64,000 nucleotides of DNA from Myxococcota bacterium (lineage in GTDB: Bacteria > Myxococcota_A > UBA796 > GCA-2862545): NCBI GenBank assembly GCA_039208735.1, contig JBCCQY010000001.1, forward strand, positions 64,001 to 128,000, given 5' to 3'. The notes beneath the pieces are model-generated. The model had not been told where the DNA came from and made no database searches. It saw only the letters and a program-made list of their open reading frames with translations. A program made the translations under genes and the position numbers. Shown here one piece after another: positions 38,752-47,922 of this stretch; positions within the stretch are counted from its first letter, which is position 1; each line of letters begins with the position of its first letter.

Positions 38752-39332
38752 ACGTGCGTCCGGAAGAAAAGAGGCATCCCTCTCCGCTGGCTTTGGATCG
38801 CTATGCCCTGGGGCAGCATGATCCTGCCATCGAGGAGCACGTTGCGACCTGTGTGGTTTGCCGGCGTCATCTCGCGCAGGTGATGGCCGACCCTGGGCCG
38901 GTGCCCGACGCCTGGCGTCCCCAACCCGTCCGTGGGTGGCCCAGATGGGCGCTCCCTGCGCTCGCCGTGGCAGCGGCCTTGGTCCTCATGCTTCAGACGA
39001 CCCCCACGCCCTACGTCGGGTCCAAGGGGATGGCGAACCCCCTGCCCACCGTGGCGGTCTGGATGGAGCGCGATGGGTCGGTCGCGCGCTGGGCTAACGC
39101 GCCGCTTCGACCGGGAGACGCGATTCGGCTTCAGGTCGAGCCTGGAGGGCACCGACATGTGGTCGTTCGATCGGGCTCGACGATGCTCTACGCGGGCGAT
39201 TTGAATGGTCTTACCGACCTGCCCATCAGCCTTCGGGTCGACGACGAGCCAGGTCCTGAGACCTTGACCGTCGAACTCACGGGAGGGGGGACTCCTTGGT
39301 CGACGACGTGGACGATGGACAAGCTTCGGTAA
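38748..39332 (+). CDS. Zinc-binding (HxxxCxxC) anti-sigma factor with TM helix and DUF4384-like domain
   Basis: HVATCVVC, TM helix, SKG, LRPGDAIRL, SLRVDDEPGPE; ATGA overlap. Confidence 0.82.
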   Translation: MNVRPEEKRHPSPLALDRYALGQHDPAIEEHVATCVVCRRHLAQVMADPGPVPDAWRPQPVRGWPRWALPALAVAAALVLMLQTTPTPYVGSKGMANPLPTVAVWMERDGSVARWANAPLRPGDAIRLQVEPGGHRHVVVRSGSTMLYAGDLNGLTDLPISLRVDDEPGPETLTVELTGGGTPWSTTWTMDKLR

Positions 39333-39340
39333 GCCGTGGC

Positions 39341-39880
39341 CTACACCTCGAGGCCATACCATAGCGCTAAACCTAGCTTTACGGACCATACGTATAACAC
39401 ACCGATGAACGTCATGGCCCAGCCGTCGCGGCCTCGGAGCCGTTGAACCACATACAGTGCCGAGGGGAGTGCCAAGAGGGTGGCCGGCCTTGCGGCGACG
39501 GACACGATGTGTTCGAGGTCGGTACTCCCGAGCCCGACGACGATGCACGTAGCGGTGGCGGCCAAGAGAAGAGGCCCAGCCAAGAGCGCGGCGGAAGGAT
39601 GGAGGCGCCAGAGGGCTCGCGCAAGGACCCGAAAAATGGGGCTTAGCAGCAACGCCAACAAGGTGGCGGCTCCACCGTAGACGAGGTCGACGTCCAGAAA
39701 ATCCCAGGGTGTGAGGATTCCGCACGTCATCACGTTCCGCGAGACCGGGCGCGGGTACCCGGTGAAACAGCTCAGCAAGCGTATGACTGTGCGCCCCACA
39801 CCAAATGCCAGGAATGCCCCGAGGCTCAGCTGCATCGTCCAGGACCACCAGGGGCCAATGTTCAAGATTTTCGGACGCAC
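39341..39880 (-). CDS. Hypothetical membrane protein
   Basis: About five hydrophobic segments; start uncertain. Confidence 0.55.
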   Translation of the reverse strand: MRPKILNIGPWWSWTMQLSLGAFLAFGVGRTVIRLLSCFTGYPRPVSRNVMTCGILTPWDFLDVDLVYGGAATLLALLLSPIFRVLARALWRLHPSAALLAGPLLLAATATCIVVGLGSTDLEHIVSVAARPATLLALPSALYVVQRLRGRDGWAMTFIGVLYVWSVKLGLALWYGLEV

Positions 39881-39997
39881 TCAAGGCCACCCTGACCACA
39901 ACGTCGCCATCGGTCCGTGTGAGTGGCGCATATTCAGCCCACCACCGTTGGCGCAGGCCTTGCTTTGTCACAGGTGGAACGGAGGTGACGCGTGAAC

Positions 39998-40279
39998 ATG
40001 AGGCGATGGGGAGCCCTGGTTGGGCTCACGGCATTTGCGGCAGTGCTTGGGGTGGGCACCTCGATTCCCACCCCGGTCGGCGCTTGCTCGCCAGTTCCGT
40101 GTCCGACCGACCTGCGCGAAGCCATCCTCGAAGACGTCCAGCCGGCCCCCGGAAGCGATGTAGAAGGTCCGGTGCCCGAAGTTCCCGAGGTCATCATCCT
40201 CCAGGGGGACTTCGATGGCACGCCCGTCAGCGTGTGGAGCGATGTCTGGGCGTACTCGCTCACTCCGGAGGTGCCGTGA
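39998..40279 (+). CDS. Small secreted protein
   Basis: MRRW + hydrophobic signal; GGAGG RBS; TGATG coupling to the next gene. Confidence 0.6.
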   Translation: MRRWGALVGLTAFAAVLGVGTSIPTPVGACSPVPCPTDLREAILEDVQPAPGSDVEGPVPEVPEVIILQGDFDGTPVSVWSDVWAYSLTPEVP

Positions 40280-40518
40280 TGTTTTGGTTGCTCTCGCTAA
40301 CGGGATGCCTCTTCTTCCCTTGTGGCGGCCAAGGGCAGTGCCCGGAGATTGTGCGGATTCAGCCTGGGTCGTTCACGGGTGTGGCCTACGACGATCCCGA
40401 ACCTGACATCGGACTTGAGATCGACGCAGATGATGTGGTCATCCTGACGTTCGAGGATGAAGACGGGAATGCTTGGGTCGCGCGCTATCGGCTCAACCCG
40501 ATGGGCATTCCCGAGTGA
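40279..40518 (+). CDS. Small lipoprotein
   Basis: MFWLLSLTGC; GGAGG RBS. Confidence 0.6.
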   Translation: MFWLLSLTGCLFFPCGGQGQCPEIVRIQPGSFTGVAYDDPEPDIGLEIDADDVVILTFEDEDGNAWVARYRLNPMGIPE

Positions 40519-40603
40519 GGTTCCATCGTGGTGAGGATCTCCGGAGCGATCGGACTCGGCTCCGAACGACTCGAAACGACTAAACCGAGGCGACGGAGGT
40601 CTT

Positions 40604-41443
40604 GTGATTGTCCTTACCGCGTTGTTGGCCTGCTCATCCAAAACGCCGGCACCCGAGGTCGTTGTCGACAACGACGCTGCAGCGGTGCCGAGCGCCCCTG
40701 TCGAGCCCGGTCTACTCACCGAAGAGGCCTTTGCCGCCCTGCATGAGCTGAAAGCGGAGGCTGCGCCTAAGGCCAAAGGCGAGTCCGTCACCATCGATGG
40801 CATGCAGGCCTATCTGGCCCTTCCCGAGGGGGCCGAAGGACCGGTTCCCGGCATCGTCGTAGTGCACGAATGGTGGGGGCTCAATGACCACATTCGCCAT
40901 TGGGCGGATCGCCTTGCGGCCTTGGGGTACGCCGCGGTTGCCGTAGACCTGTATGGAGGCACCGTAGCCACCACCCCCGACGCTGCCATGAAAGCGATGA
41001 AAGCGGTGAACGAGGAGGAAGCGCTCAAGAAGCTGCGGGCTGCGCATCAGTTCTTGGTCACGGAGCCCCGGGTTCAAGCGCCGAAAACGGGCTCCATCGG
41101 GTGGTGTTTTGGGGGTGGCTGGTCGTTGCGACTTGCCTTGGCCGAGACCGAGCTTGATGCAGCGGTGATGTACTACGGGCGGCTGGTTTCGGACGAAGCC
41201 CAGCTGCGCGAGCTGAAGGCCCCGCTCTTGGGCGTGTTTGGGGAACGCGATGGCGGGATTCCCGTCGCGGCGGTGCGGGCGTTTGAAACCCAGCTCGGTG
41301 ATCTCGACAAGGCGGTTGCGATTCACGTGTACGATGCAGACCACGCCTTCGCGAACCCGTCCTCCGCGCGCTACGATTCCGCCTCGGCGGGAGCTGCGTG
41401 GGAGAAGGTCCAGGCCTTCTTTGGCGAGCATCTCACACCATGA
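40604..41443 (+). CDS. Dienelactone hydrolase-family lipoprotein
   Basis: LLAC lipobox; HEWWGLN, GWCFGG, D in GERD, HAFAN. Confidence 0.92.
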   Translation: MIVLTALLACSSKTPAPEVVVDNDAAAVPSAPVEPGLLTEEAFAALHELKAEAAPKAKGESVTIDGMQAYLALPEGAEGPVPGIVVVHEWWGLNDHIRHWADRLAALGYAAVAVDLYGGTVATTPDAAMKAMKAVNEEEALKKLRAAHQFLVTEPRVQAPKTGSIGWCFGGGWSLRLALAETELDAAVMYYGRLVSDEAQLRELKAPLLGVFGERDGGIPVAAVRAFETQLGDLDKAVAIHVYDADHAFANPSSARYDSASAGAAWEKVQAFFGEHLTP

Positions 41444-41567
41444 CCCATTCAGACGTCACAAGAGGCCGCCGATGCGGAAGGCCTGGCGGCGCTGGGTTAG
41501 ACCTCAACTGTGAAGCTCACCCTTTCCACCCTCCGAATAGCGGCCCCCCGGCGTTGAGCCAGGGTAG

Positions 41568-41640
41568 GGGCCGGTAGCTCAGAGGTTAGAGCGGTGGTCT
41601 TATAAGCCATAGGTCATGGGTTCGATTCCCATCCGGCCTA
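41568..41640 (+). tRNA. tRNA-Ile, anticodon UAU
   Basis: Acceptor GGGCCGG/CCGGCCT, D stem GCTC/GAGC, anticodon stem GTGGT/GCCAT with loop CT-TAT-AA, T arm ATGGG-TTCGATT-CCCAT, discriminator A; CCA not encoded. Confidence 0.9.
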
Positions 41641-41655
41641 TCCTGGCCACGCTTT

Positions 41656-43392
41656 TCACGGCGTGTAGGGCACACCCCCTAGCGTTTCCCCGTAGGGAAT
41701 CGGCAGGTATTCGAGGTGGATGGGCAGTTGGGTGCTTGTGCCCATGACCGATGCGGCGCCGTAGCCTTCTATCGTCCAACCGCCCTGCTTCAGCCGACGG
41801 CCCAGGGGACTGTTGGCGACCTCGCCCGACATGCCAACCACGGGAGTCTGTAGGGGCACGACGGTGGGGCCGTCGCCGAGCATGTCGCGGGCGCGGAGTC
41901 CCAGCGGGAGGCTCGTGAGGCCCGTCCCATCAATGGCGAGGATGCGGAAGTCCCAAAGTCCCAGTTGCAGGCTCGCAAGTCCGCTCCCATCCAGTTCGAA
42001 CAGCGATACTTCGACGTTATGGCCGTCGACCTGAAGGTTCTGCTTGTCCAAGGTCCCGAGTTGGTCGACACCAGGCCTTGTGATGAGGACGCCGAGGGGA
42101 ATGGACGCCAAACCCGAACCCCCAAGATCGACCAGCGAAAGTCATGGAGAAACCAAGCCAATTACTGCATCGTGAGAGGATTCCCACGACCAGGCGAGCA
42201 AGGCGTCGCTTAGGTCGGCATCCTCGTTGACCGCGCCGATGAAGCGTTGCAGCGCTTGCGTCGCGGTCACGGCGGCGGACGTCCGATGCAAGATGCCTGG
42301 TTCGTCTTCGATGGCGGTGACCGTTAGCTTCCAGGCTGCGACCGCGTCTTTCGAAACCGCATCGTAGGTCCACAACAGGCAGCGGCCCGTATGGTCGGTG
42401 GTGCAACTCTCGCTGGTCGCTCCCTCCCCGAGGACGTCTACGAGGACGTGCAGTCCGGACTGCGCGGGTTGGCCGGACTTGTCGAACACGGTGATCTGGG
42501 CGGCTGGGTAGATGTACCCACCATAGTCCTTGATGAACGGCAGTAGCGCAGCGTGGTACGTCCGGTGCTTGGGCCACGAGGTCGGGCTTTCGCCCTGCAG
42601 GTAGAGGTAGCCGCCGCCCTTTCCGTAGTTGAAATCTGGATAGAGCCCATCGCTTTGCAGGGCAGCAGAGATGTCGATCGGAGCCACCCCCGCGCTCCTG
42701 GCGCGACGATGTCGACCGATCCGGACTTGTTGCTGTAGCCCATCACCCGGGTCAGGTAGCCGGCGTGCCAACCGAGCGAGGAGTCAGGGTAAAGCTGACT
42801 TCCTCCAACGGCAATGACGTTGGGACTGGCGGCCGGCCAGCTCGCCTCCCAAATGCCGTGGTTACCCACGGCAGCAATCATCACCACGCCATGGTCCGTG
42901 GCGTACTGAAGGGCATCTCGCAGCCCTTCGGAGGGGACGTACCCAGGCCGGAACGACAGGCTCATGTTGATGAGGTCCGCGCCATGGTCAACCGCGTGGT
43001 AAAGGCCCTCGATCAGGCCATACTCGTCGTCCCGATTGGTTTCGTCCAGGACTTTGACGGGCATCAATCCTGCGCCAGGGGCCAGCCCCTGGATCGAGTT
43101 GTTTCCTGCGATGATGCTGGCGATGTGGGTGCCGTGGCCACAGTCGTCGTTGGCCCACGGGTCGTCGTTGATGAAGTCGTACGGACTGTGGATGGGCGAG
43201 GACGCGAGAGACGGAGCTTGCGTGTAGGCCACGCCCAATCGGGTGGCCGTCTCATAGGCCACACCCGAGTCAAGCACCGCCACCACGTGGTCGCCAGCGT
43301 TCGCGATGGAGGCCGGCGCGACCATGTTGAGGTGCCACTGCACGCCAACGGAGCCCCCGGACGCCGAATACCCCTTGGCGAACGTAGTGCAT
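41656..43392 (-). pseudogene. Fragmented S8 subtilase-family protease
   Basis: VAVLDSG, GHGTHIAS, INMSL, AVGN and DIVAPG in the 42438..43343 frame; no GTS(M)A Ser motif seen after DIVAPG; remainder split over 42142..42771 and 41656..42111; RBS+ATG at 43392 is out of frame. Confidence 0.7.
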
Positions 43393-43478
43393 GAGGGCCT
43401 CCGTGAAGATCACGAAGGGTTCTCGGATCAGCTGCGACCCTCCTTGAACCTTTGCCGCTCGCGGATGTATGAGGCTCC

Positions 43479-44537
43479 ATGGAGCAGCTGTTCGACGAGC
43501 TCACGGCCAACCCCCACGATGACACCCTGTGGCAGGTGTTTGCCGACTGGCTGTGGTCGCAGGGAGACCCGCGCGCGGAGGCGGTGCAGCTCGGTCTACA
43601 GCTCGTCGATGCGCCGCCGTCGGCCGAGCGCGACGAGTGGGTGGCCCGGTATCGAACCTTTTGCGACCTCGGAGCCCTAAAGAACGCCACCCATCTGCGC
43701 CACGTGCGTTGGCGAATGGGGTTCGTCGATAGCGTGACGCTCGACTTGTCCTCGTCCCAAGGGGCCCAGGCGTTCGAAGCGTTGTCGGAGCATCCGGCGG
43801 CGCGTCTCCTCGTCGAGCTTCGGATCATTGGCGCGACCCAAGAGCGACTGCGGCCGATCCTGGCCATGCCGTGCTTGCGGAGACTCAAGGTGCTCGAGCT
43901 GGCCTCGGAGGGTCGGGCGACCCTCGATTCGGCGGTGGCCCTGCCCAGTTTGGTTGAACTCTTCATGTCGACTTACCCGTTGGAGGCCCCGGGCATCGAG
44001 GCCCTGGCTCAATGGCAGCTCCCGCACCTCTCTCGGCTCGACCTTGGCGGGATGCCCCTCGATGCCATGGCCACCCAAGCCCTCGGTCGAGCCCCCTTCC
44101 TCGGTCAACTGCGCGACCTTCACCTGGCCCGATGCCACATCGGCGACGAGGGGTTCGCGGCGATGTTCGGGGTTCCACGTCCTGCATTGCGACGGCTCGA
44201 TCTCGAGGGCAACCGCTTGACGGCTCCATCCCTCGAAGGGTTTCTCCGGGATGTCCCACCGCGACTGTCCCATCTCGATGTGAGCGCGAATCCGCTTCGG
44301 AGTGGGCTGATGCGCATGGGGCGGATGGCGCTGCCGTGGCTCCGTCGTCTCGACGTTCGGAATACGGGGGTGGACGGTTCGGTGCTGGATTCGCTCGGGC
44401 GCTCGACGGGACTCCCGCGCTTAAGCGAACTCGATATCCGAGGCAATCGCGTTCCCACCGCAATCGTGGAAGCGTTTCAACAAACGCCGGTGGGACGCCA
44501 ATTGGGCTACCTCGGCTGGTACGCCCCAAGAGGGTAG
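43479..44537 (+). CDS. TIGR02996 domain + leucine-rich-repeat protein
   Basis: NPHDD..WQVFADWL..QGDPRAE, WRMGFV, LxxLxL repeats. Confidence 0.88.
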   Translation: MEQLFDELTANPHDDTLWQVFADWLWSQGDPRAEAVQLGLQLVDAPPSAERDEWVARYRTFCDLGALKNATHLRHVRWRMGFVDSVTLDLSSSQGAQAFEALSEHPAARLLVELRIIGATQERLRPILAMPCLRRLKVLELASEGRATLDSAVALPSLVELFMSTYPLEAPGIEALAQWQLPHLSRLDLGGMPLDAMATQALGRAPFLGQLRDLHLARCHIGDEGFAAMFGVPRPALRRLDLEGNRLTAPSLEGFLRDVPPRLSHLDVSANPLRSGLMRMGRMALPWLRRLDVRNTGVDGSVLDSLGRSTGLPRLSELDIRGNRVPTAIVEAFQQTPVGRQLGYLGWYAPRG

Positions 44538-44583
44538 CCATTCCGTCTCGTCGTGGGCAGAAGAGTTTCGCTTCGCGCAGGCC

Positions 44584-46251
44584 TTAGGGGTCGCCGTGAT
44601 CGTTCGCAGGGCGGGCCGTCGACAAGACCTTCACGAGGATGGAGAAGAGGTCCTCGTGCTTGACCGTCGTAGAAGAACGTGGCTGGAGTCCGGGTGTGAA
44701 GCCCTGATCGATGAACGACTGGAGCAGGGTGTCGTCTGAAACCATGACGTGAATGGGCACTTCGGGCCCCTGCCCTTGGGCGAGGAACGGCGGCTGGTGG
44801 TCTCCCATGACCAGGATCACCGAACGTCGGGGAGGAGGCTCTCCGTGCATTTGAGCCACGGATCGAAGTCCGTGTCGGATGCTTCCAAAGTAGTTTTCGC
44901 GTTGTTCGTCGGACGGTGAACGCTCGGGGTCGGCAGCGCGAGACTGGCGTTTGAACCGGCTCACTTGCATGGCGAGTTCGCTGTCGAAGTCGCGTGCGAA
45001 AGCATCGGGGGGTGCGGTATTTGGAAGTTTGTTCCAGATGGTCCACCGCGGCAGAAACGGGGCCTGCACCCGCCACGGCACGTGGGACGACGCAAGGTGG
45101 AAAAACGCAAACAGCGGGGCATCGACGTCGTCGAGGATTTCCCGATTGACGTACCCGATGGTGTATTGGTCGGGAATGCGTCCCCACCCCACCGGAGGGC
45201 CTCTATAGGCCAAATCGTCGGCGAACACCGTGGTGCGGAAACCGAAGGGATTGCTGACCCTCACGCCGGGCCGATCCCGATCTGCAGACTTGATGAGAAC
45301 CGTCGTGTAGCCTTGGTCTGCAAGCACGCCCGGTAGATGAGGGAGCCGGTTGACGAGGGCCATCGCGTGTTCGTACTCGGACTGATGCGCGAGGTGCAAT
45401 CCAAACAATAGGGACGCATCCGCAATCCAGGAACGCCCGCTGTGCACGGGCGCGACTCCGTACGCGCTCGCGGTATGCCATCGAGCCGTGGTGAATCGAC
45501 CGTCCAATCGATCGATCAACATGGCCCACCGGGTGGCGTAGGTTGGGTCGTCAGCGAGAACCTTGCCGTAGCTCTCAATGATGTAGATTCGAAGGTCCGC
45601 GGGATCGGTCACGTTGGGCGGAGCGACCTCGACGGCAGAGCGTTCGCCGATTTCTTCAGCCACTCGGCGATACAGTCGCCAGGATGCCTCGAGATTCTTC
45701 ACGATGCGTGGGGTGGACCAGCGGCCCCGGGGCAGCGCGGGGGCAAGCAGCGAGGCGAGCACGATGAGCCCCACGGCTCCACTGGAGACAGAGGGGCCAA
45801 GGCGATGGAAGGCCCCTTCAAGACGAGCTGCGAGTAGACTGGATGCCGCCCACACGACCCCGGGCGCAATCACCAGCGCGAAGAGTCCAGCCGCCGCCCA
45901 GCCGCCGTAGAGATCGCGGCCCAAGATGTAGAGGTGCCGGCTCAAGAGCAGCGCATCGTACAGTGGGAGATTTTCGTTGGTCGCGTATCGCGCCGCGCCC
46001 AAGGCCCCTTCGACGATGAACAGCAGGGCGAGAACGGCGCCAACGATCCAGGCGCGCCATGTCCCGCGCCAGGGTACCTCCGGGCTTGGCCTTAGCCAGC
46101 TCAGCCCGAAGAGCGCGGCCAGCAGTAGACCCACATCGGCACTGACCCCGAATCGGCCGTAGCCGAGGGCGGTCGGAAGGGAAGGTGCGACGAGCAGAAG
46201 GCTGGCCGCCAGGATTGCCCATCCCGCGTCGGAGTAGTGACGGGTGTCCAT
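44584..46251 (-). CDS. Membrane-anchored sulfatase/alkaline-phosphatase-superfamily protein
   Basis: N-terminal TMs; IESYG, G.SW.A, WG.IPDQYT, SSHVPW, GDHQP. Confidence 0.8.
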   Translation of the reverse strand: MDTRHYSDAGWAILAASLLLVAPSLPTALGYGRFGVSADVGLLLAALFGLSWLRPSPEVPWRGTWRAWIVGAVLALLFIVEGALGAARYATNENLPLYDALLLSRHLYILGRDLYGGWAAAGLFALVIAPGVVWAASSLLAARLEGAFHRLGPSVSSGAVGLIVLASLLAPALPRGRWSTPRIVKNLEASWRLYRRVAEEIGERSAVEVAPPNVTDPADLRIYIIESYGKVLADDPTYATRWAMLIDRLDGRFTTARWHTASAYGVAPVHSGRSWIADASLLFGLHLAHQSEYEHAMALVNRLPHLPGVLADQGYTTVLIKSADRDRPGVRVSNPFGFRTTVFADDLAYRGPPVGWGRIPDQYTIGYVNREILDDVDAPLFAFFHLASSHVPWRVQAPFLPRWTIWNKLPNTAPPDAFARDFDSELAMQVSRFKRQSRAADPERSPSDEQRENYFGSIRHGLRSVAQMHGEPPPRRSVILVMGDHQPPFLAQGQGPEVPIHVMVSDDTLLQSFIDQGFTPGLQPRSSTTVKHEDLFSILVKVLSTARPANDHGDP

Positions 46252-46358
46252 GGGGGCTCCTCCTATCCGGGTCTTCGGCGGTGGGCGCTCGGAGCATTGG
46301 CCCTGACGCCTGCTTGTAAGGGTTGGCGTTCGCGGGCGGAAACGGTACGGCCTCGGTC

Positions 46359-47018
46359 ATGCGCCAGCTCCTGTTCATCGGACTCCTCGCCCTGTTCTCA
46401 TTGCCCGGCTGCGGCCGTCCATCGGGGACCGAACCGCCTCCTGATGGCTGGGCGAACAACGCACCGACGGTCGTGGAGCAGGTTGTCGAACGCCAAGACA
46501 CCCAATTGTTAGCCGTCAAACAGGGCAAGTGGCGAACCTGGGTCGAAGTGCCCCACGTCGGTGCAAAGGTCGGGGACTACGTCTTGCTGGGCCGAGGAAC
46601 CGCTCGACACGAGGTTGAGATTGCCGAGCTGGGCCAACTGGCGCCTGAGGTGGTCGACATCCCGCACGTCCGCGTGGTGGACTTCGAGACTGCCAAGCGG
46701 GTGGTCGCGGCCAGCACGCCGGCGGGCGCCGTGCCCATCGGTACGGTGTACGCAGAGTTGGACCAACGGGCAGGCCAGGAGGTTGTGGTGTACGGCACCG
46801 TGGCCAAGGCGACGGGAGCGGTGGGCTGGATGTGGGTCCACCTCCAAGATGGCACGGGAGATGCTGCGACAGGCACGCACGACTTGACGGTGCAGACCAA
46901 GCACGCGGTGACTCGAGGTCAGAAAGTGGCGTTTCGGGGTCTGCTTCGGAAGGATGCGGATATCGGCTTTGGGTACCATTACGACGCGCTCGTCGAGGAA
47001 GCCGAGGTCGTACCCTAG
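46359..47018 (+). CDS. OB-fold lipoprotein
   Basis: LPGC lipobox; WVHLQDGTG, DLTV.T, D.GFGYHY..LVE. Confidence 0.75.
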   Translation: MRQLLFIGLLALFSLPGCGRPSGTEPPPDGWANNAPTVVEQVVERQDTQLLAVKQGKWRTWVEVPHVGAKVGDYVLLGRGTARHEVEIAELGQLAPEVVDIPHVRVVDFETAKRVVAASTPAGAVPIGTVYAELDQRAGQEVVVYGTVAKATGAVGWMWVHLQDGTGDAATGTHDLTVQTKHAVTRGQKVAFRGLLRKDADIGFGYHYDALVEEAEVVP

Positions 47019-47025
47019 CCCCCGT

Positions 47026-47913
47026 CTACGGCGGTTCGGGCTGGGCGACGCCAATGAGGATGGGACGGTGGTCACTGCCGATCGAGGGCAGGGTCTGACG
47101 CTCGACCACAACGAGTCCGGGGCCGGTCAAGGCGTGATCGAGGGGCAGGCGAAACGGGGCGGGAAGGCCTGCGGGCCAGGTCCCTTCTGGCCAGCCCTGC
47201 TGGGGCGACGGAAAGTGGTTGGACCACGGCGTACAGTTGAGATCACCCACGACGATGGCCCCGGGCTGCTCCAAGCGCTGGGCCACAGCAACCAGGTGGG
47301 CATCGCGATCTCGAGCCATGCGAAGGGACAATGGAGGCATGGGATGGACGACCCGAATCACGCCTCCGTGAGGGAGGGTCCCGACCAGGCTCGGAAGGTC
47401 CGCCGTGCTGAGCGGATCATTGCGCAATCCGATCAGCGGTAGCCGGCTGTATAGGCCCATTCCAAAGGGATCGGACCGCGGAACTTCGAGATGGTAAGGG
47501 TAGCGCTCTCGCAATGACCCAAGTGCCGAACGCCATCCCGACGTGAGCTCGAGGACCGCTACTACGTCAGGATCCTGACGCCTCACGAGACTGAGGAACG
47601 GCGTGGGGTCGTGATTGCGGGCCCAGACATTGGCCATCAGGATGCGGACGGACGCGGTTCTCGATGAGACCGGCGGAGACGGCCACCAGCGTGCACCATG
47701 AACGAGCAGGCTCGCCGCAAACCCCACGACCATCGCGGTCTCACGCGTGGCCAGGGCCCCGGCGACTCCCACCCCCGCGAGGCCCAACGTCCCGATGATG
47801 ACGTGATTGGGGAGATCAAAGAGCCAGAACGCAGGACCCAACCCCCATGCGGCTAGGGCGATGACCTGCCAGCCGAGGAGGATATAGAGAAGCGGTTTGG
47901 ATTGGGCAGCCAT
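47026..47913 (-). CDS. Membrane-anchored EEP-family protein
   Basis: N-terminal TMs; PDVVAVLE, VGDLN.TPWS, LDH, GSDHRP. Confidence 0.9.
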   Translation of the reverse strand: MAAQSKPLLYILLGWQVIALAAWGLGPAFWLFDLPNHVIIGTLGLAGVGVAGALATRETAMVVGFAASLLVHGARWWPSPPVSSRTASVRILMANVWARNHDPTPFLSLVRRQDPDVVAVLELTSGWRSALGSLRERYPYHLEVPRSDPFGMGLYSRLPLIGLRNDPLSTADLPSLVGTLPHGGVIRVVHPMPPLSLRMARDRDAHLVAVAQRLEQPGAIVVGDLNCTPWSNHFPSPQQGWPEGTWPAGLPAPFRLPLDHALTGPGLVVVERQTLPSIGSDHRPILIGVAQPEPP

Positions 47914-47922
47914 GCCCTGTAA

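Noticed and set aside
38580..39971. 463-aa antisense ORF and many similar shadow ORFs
   Set aside because: No recognisable motifs, Arg/Pro-rich, expected in high-GC DNA opposite real genes
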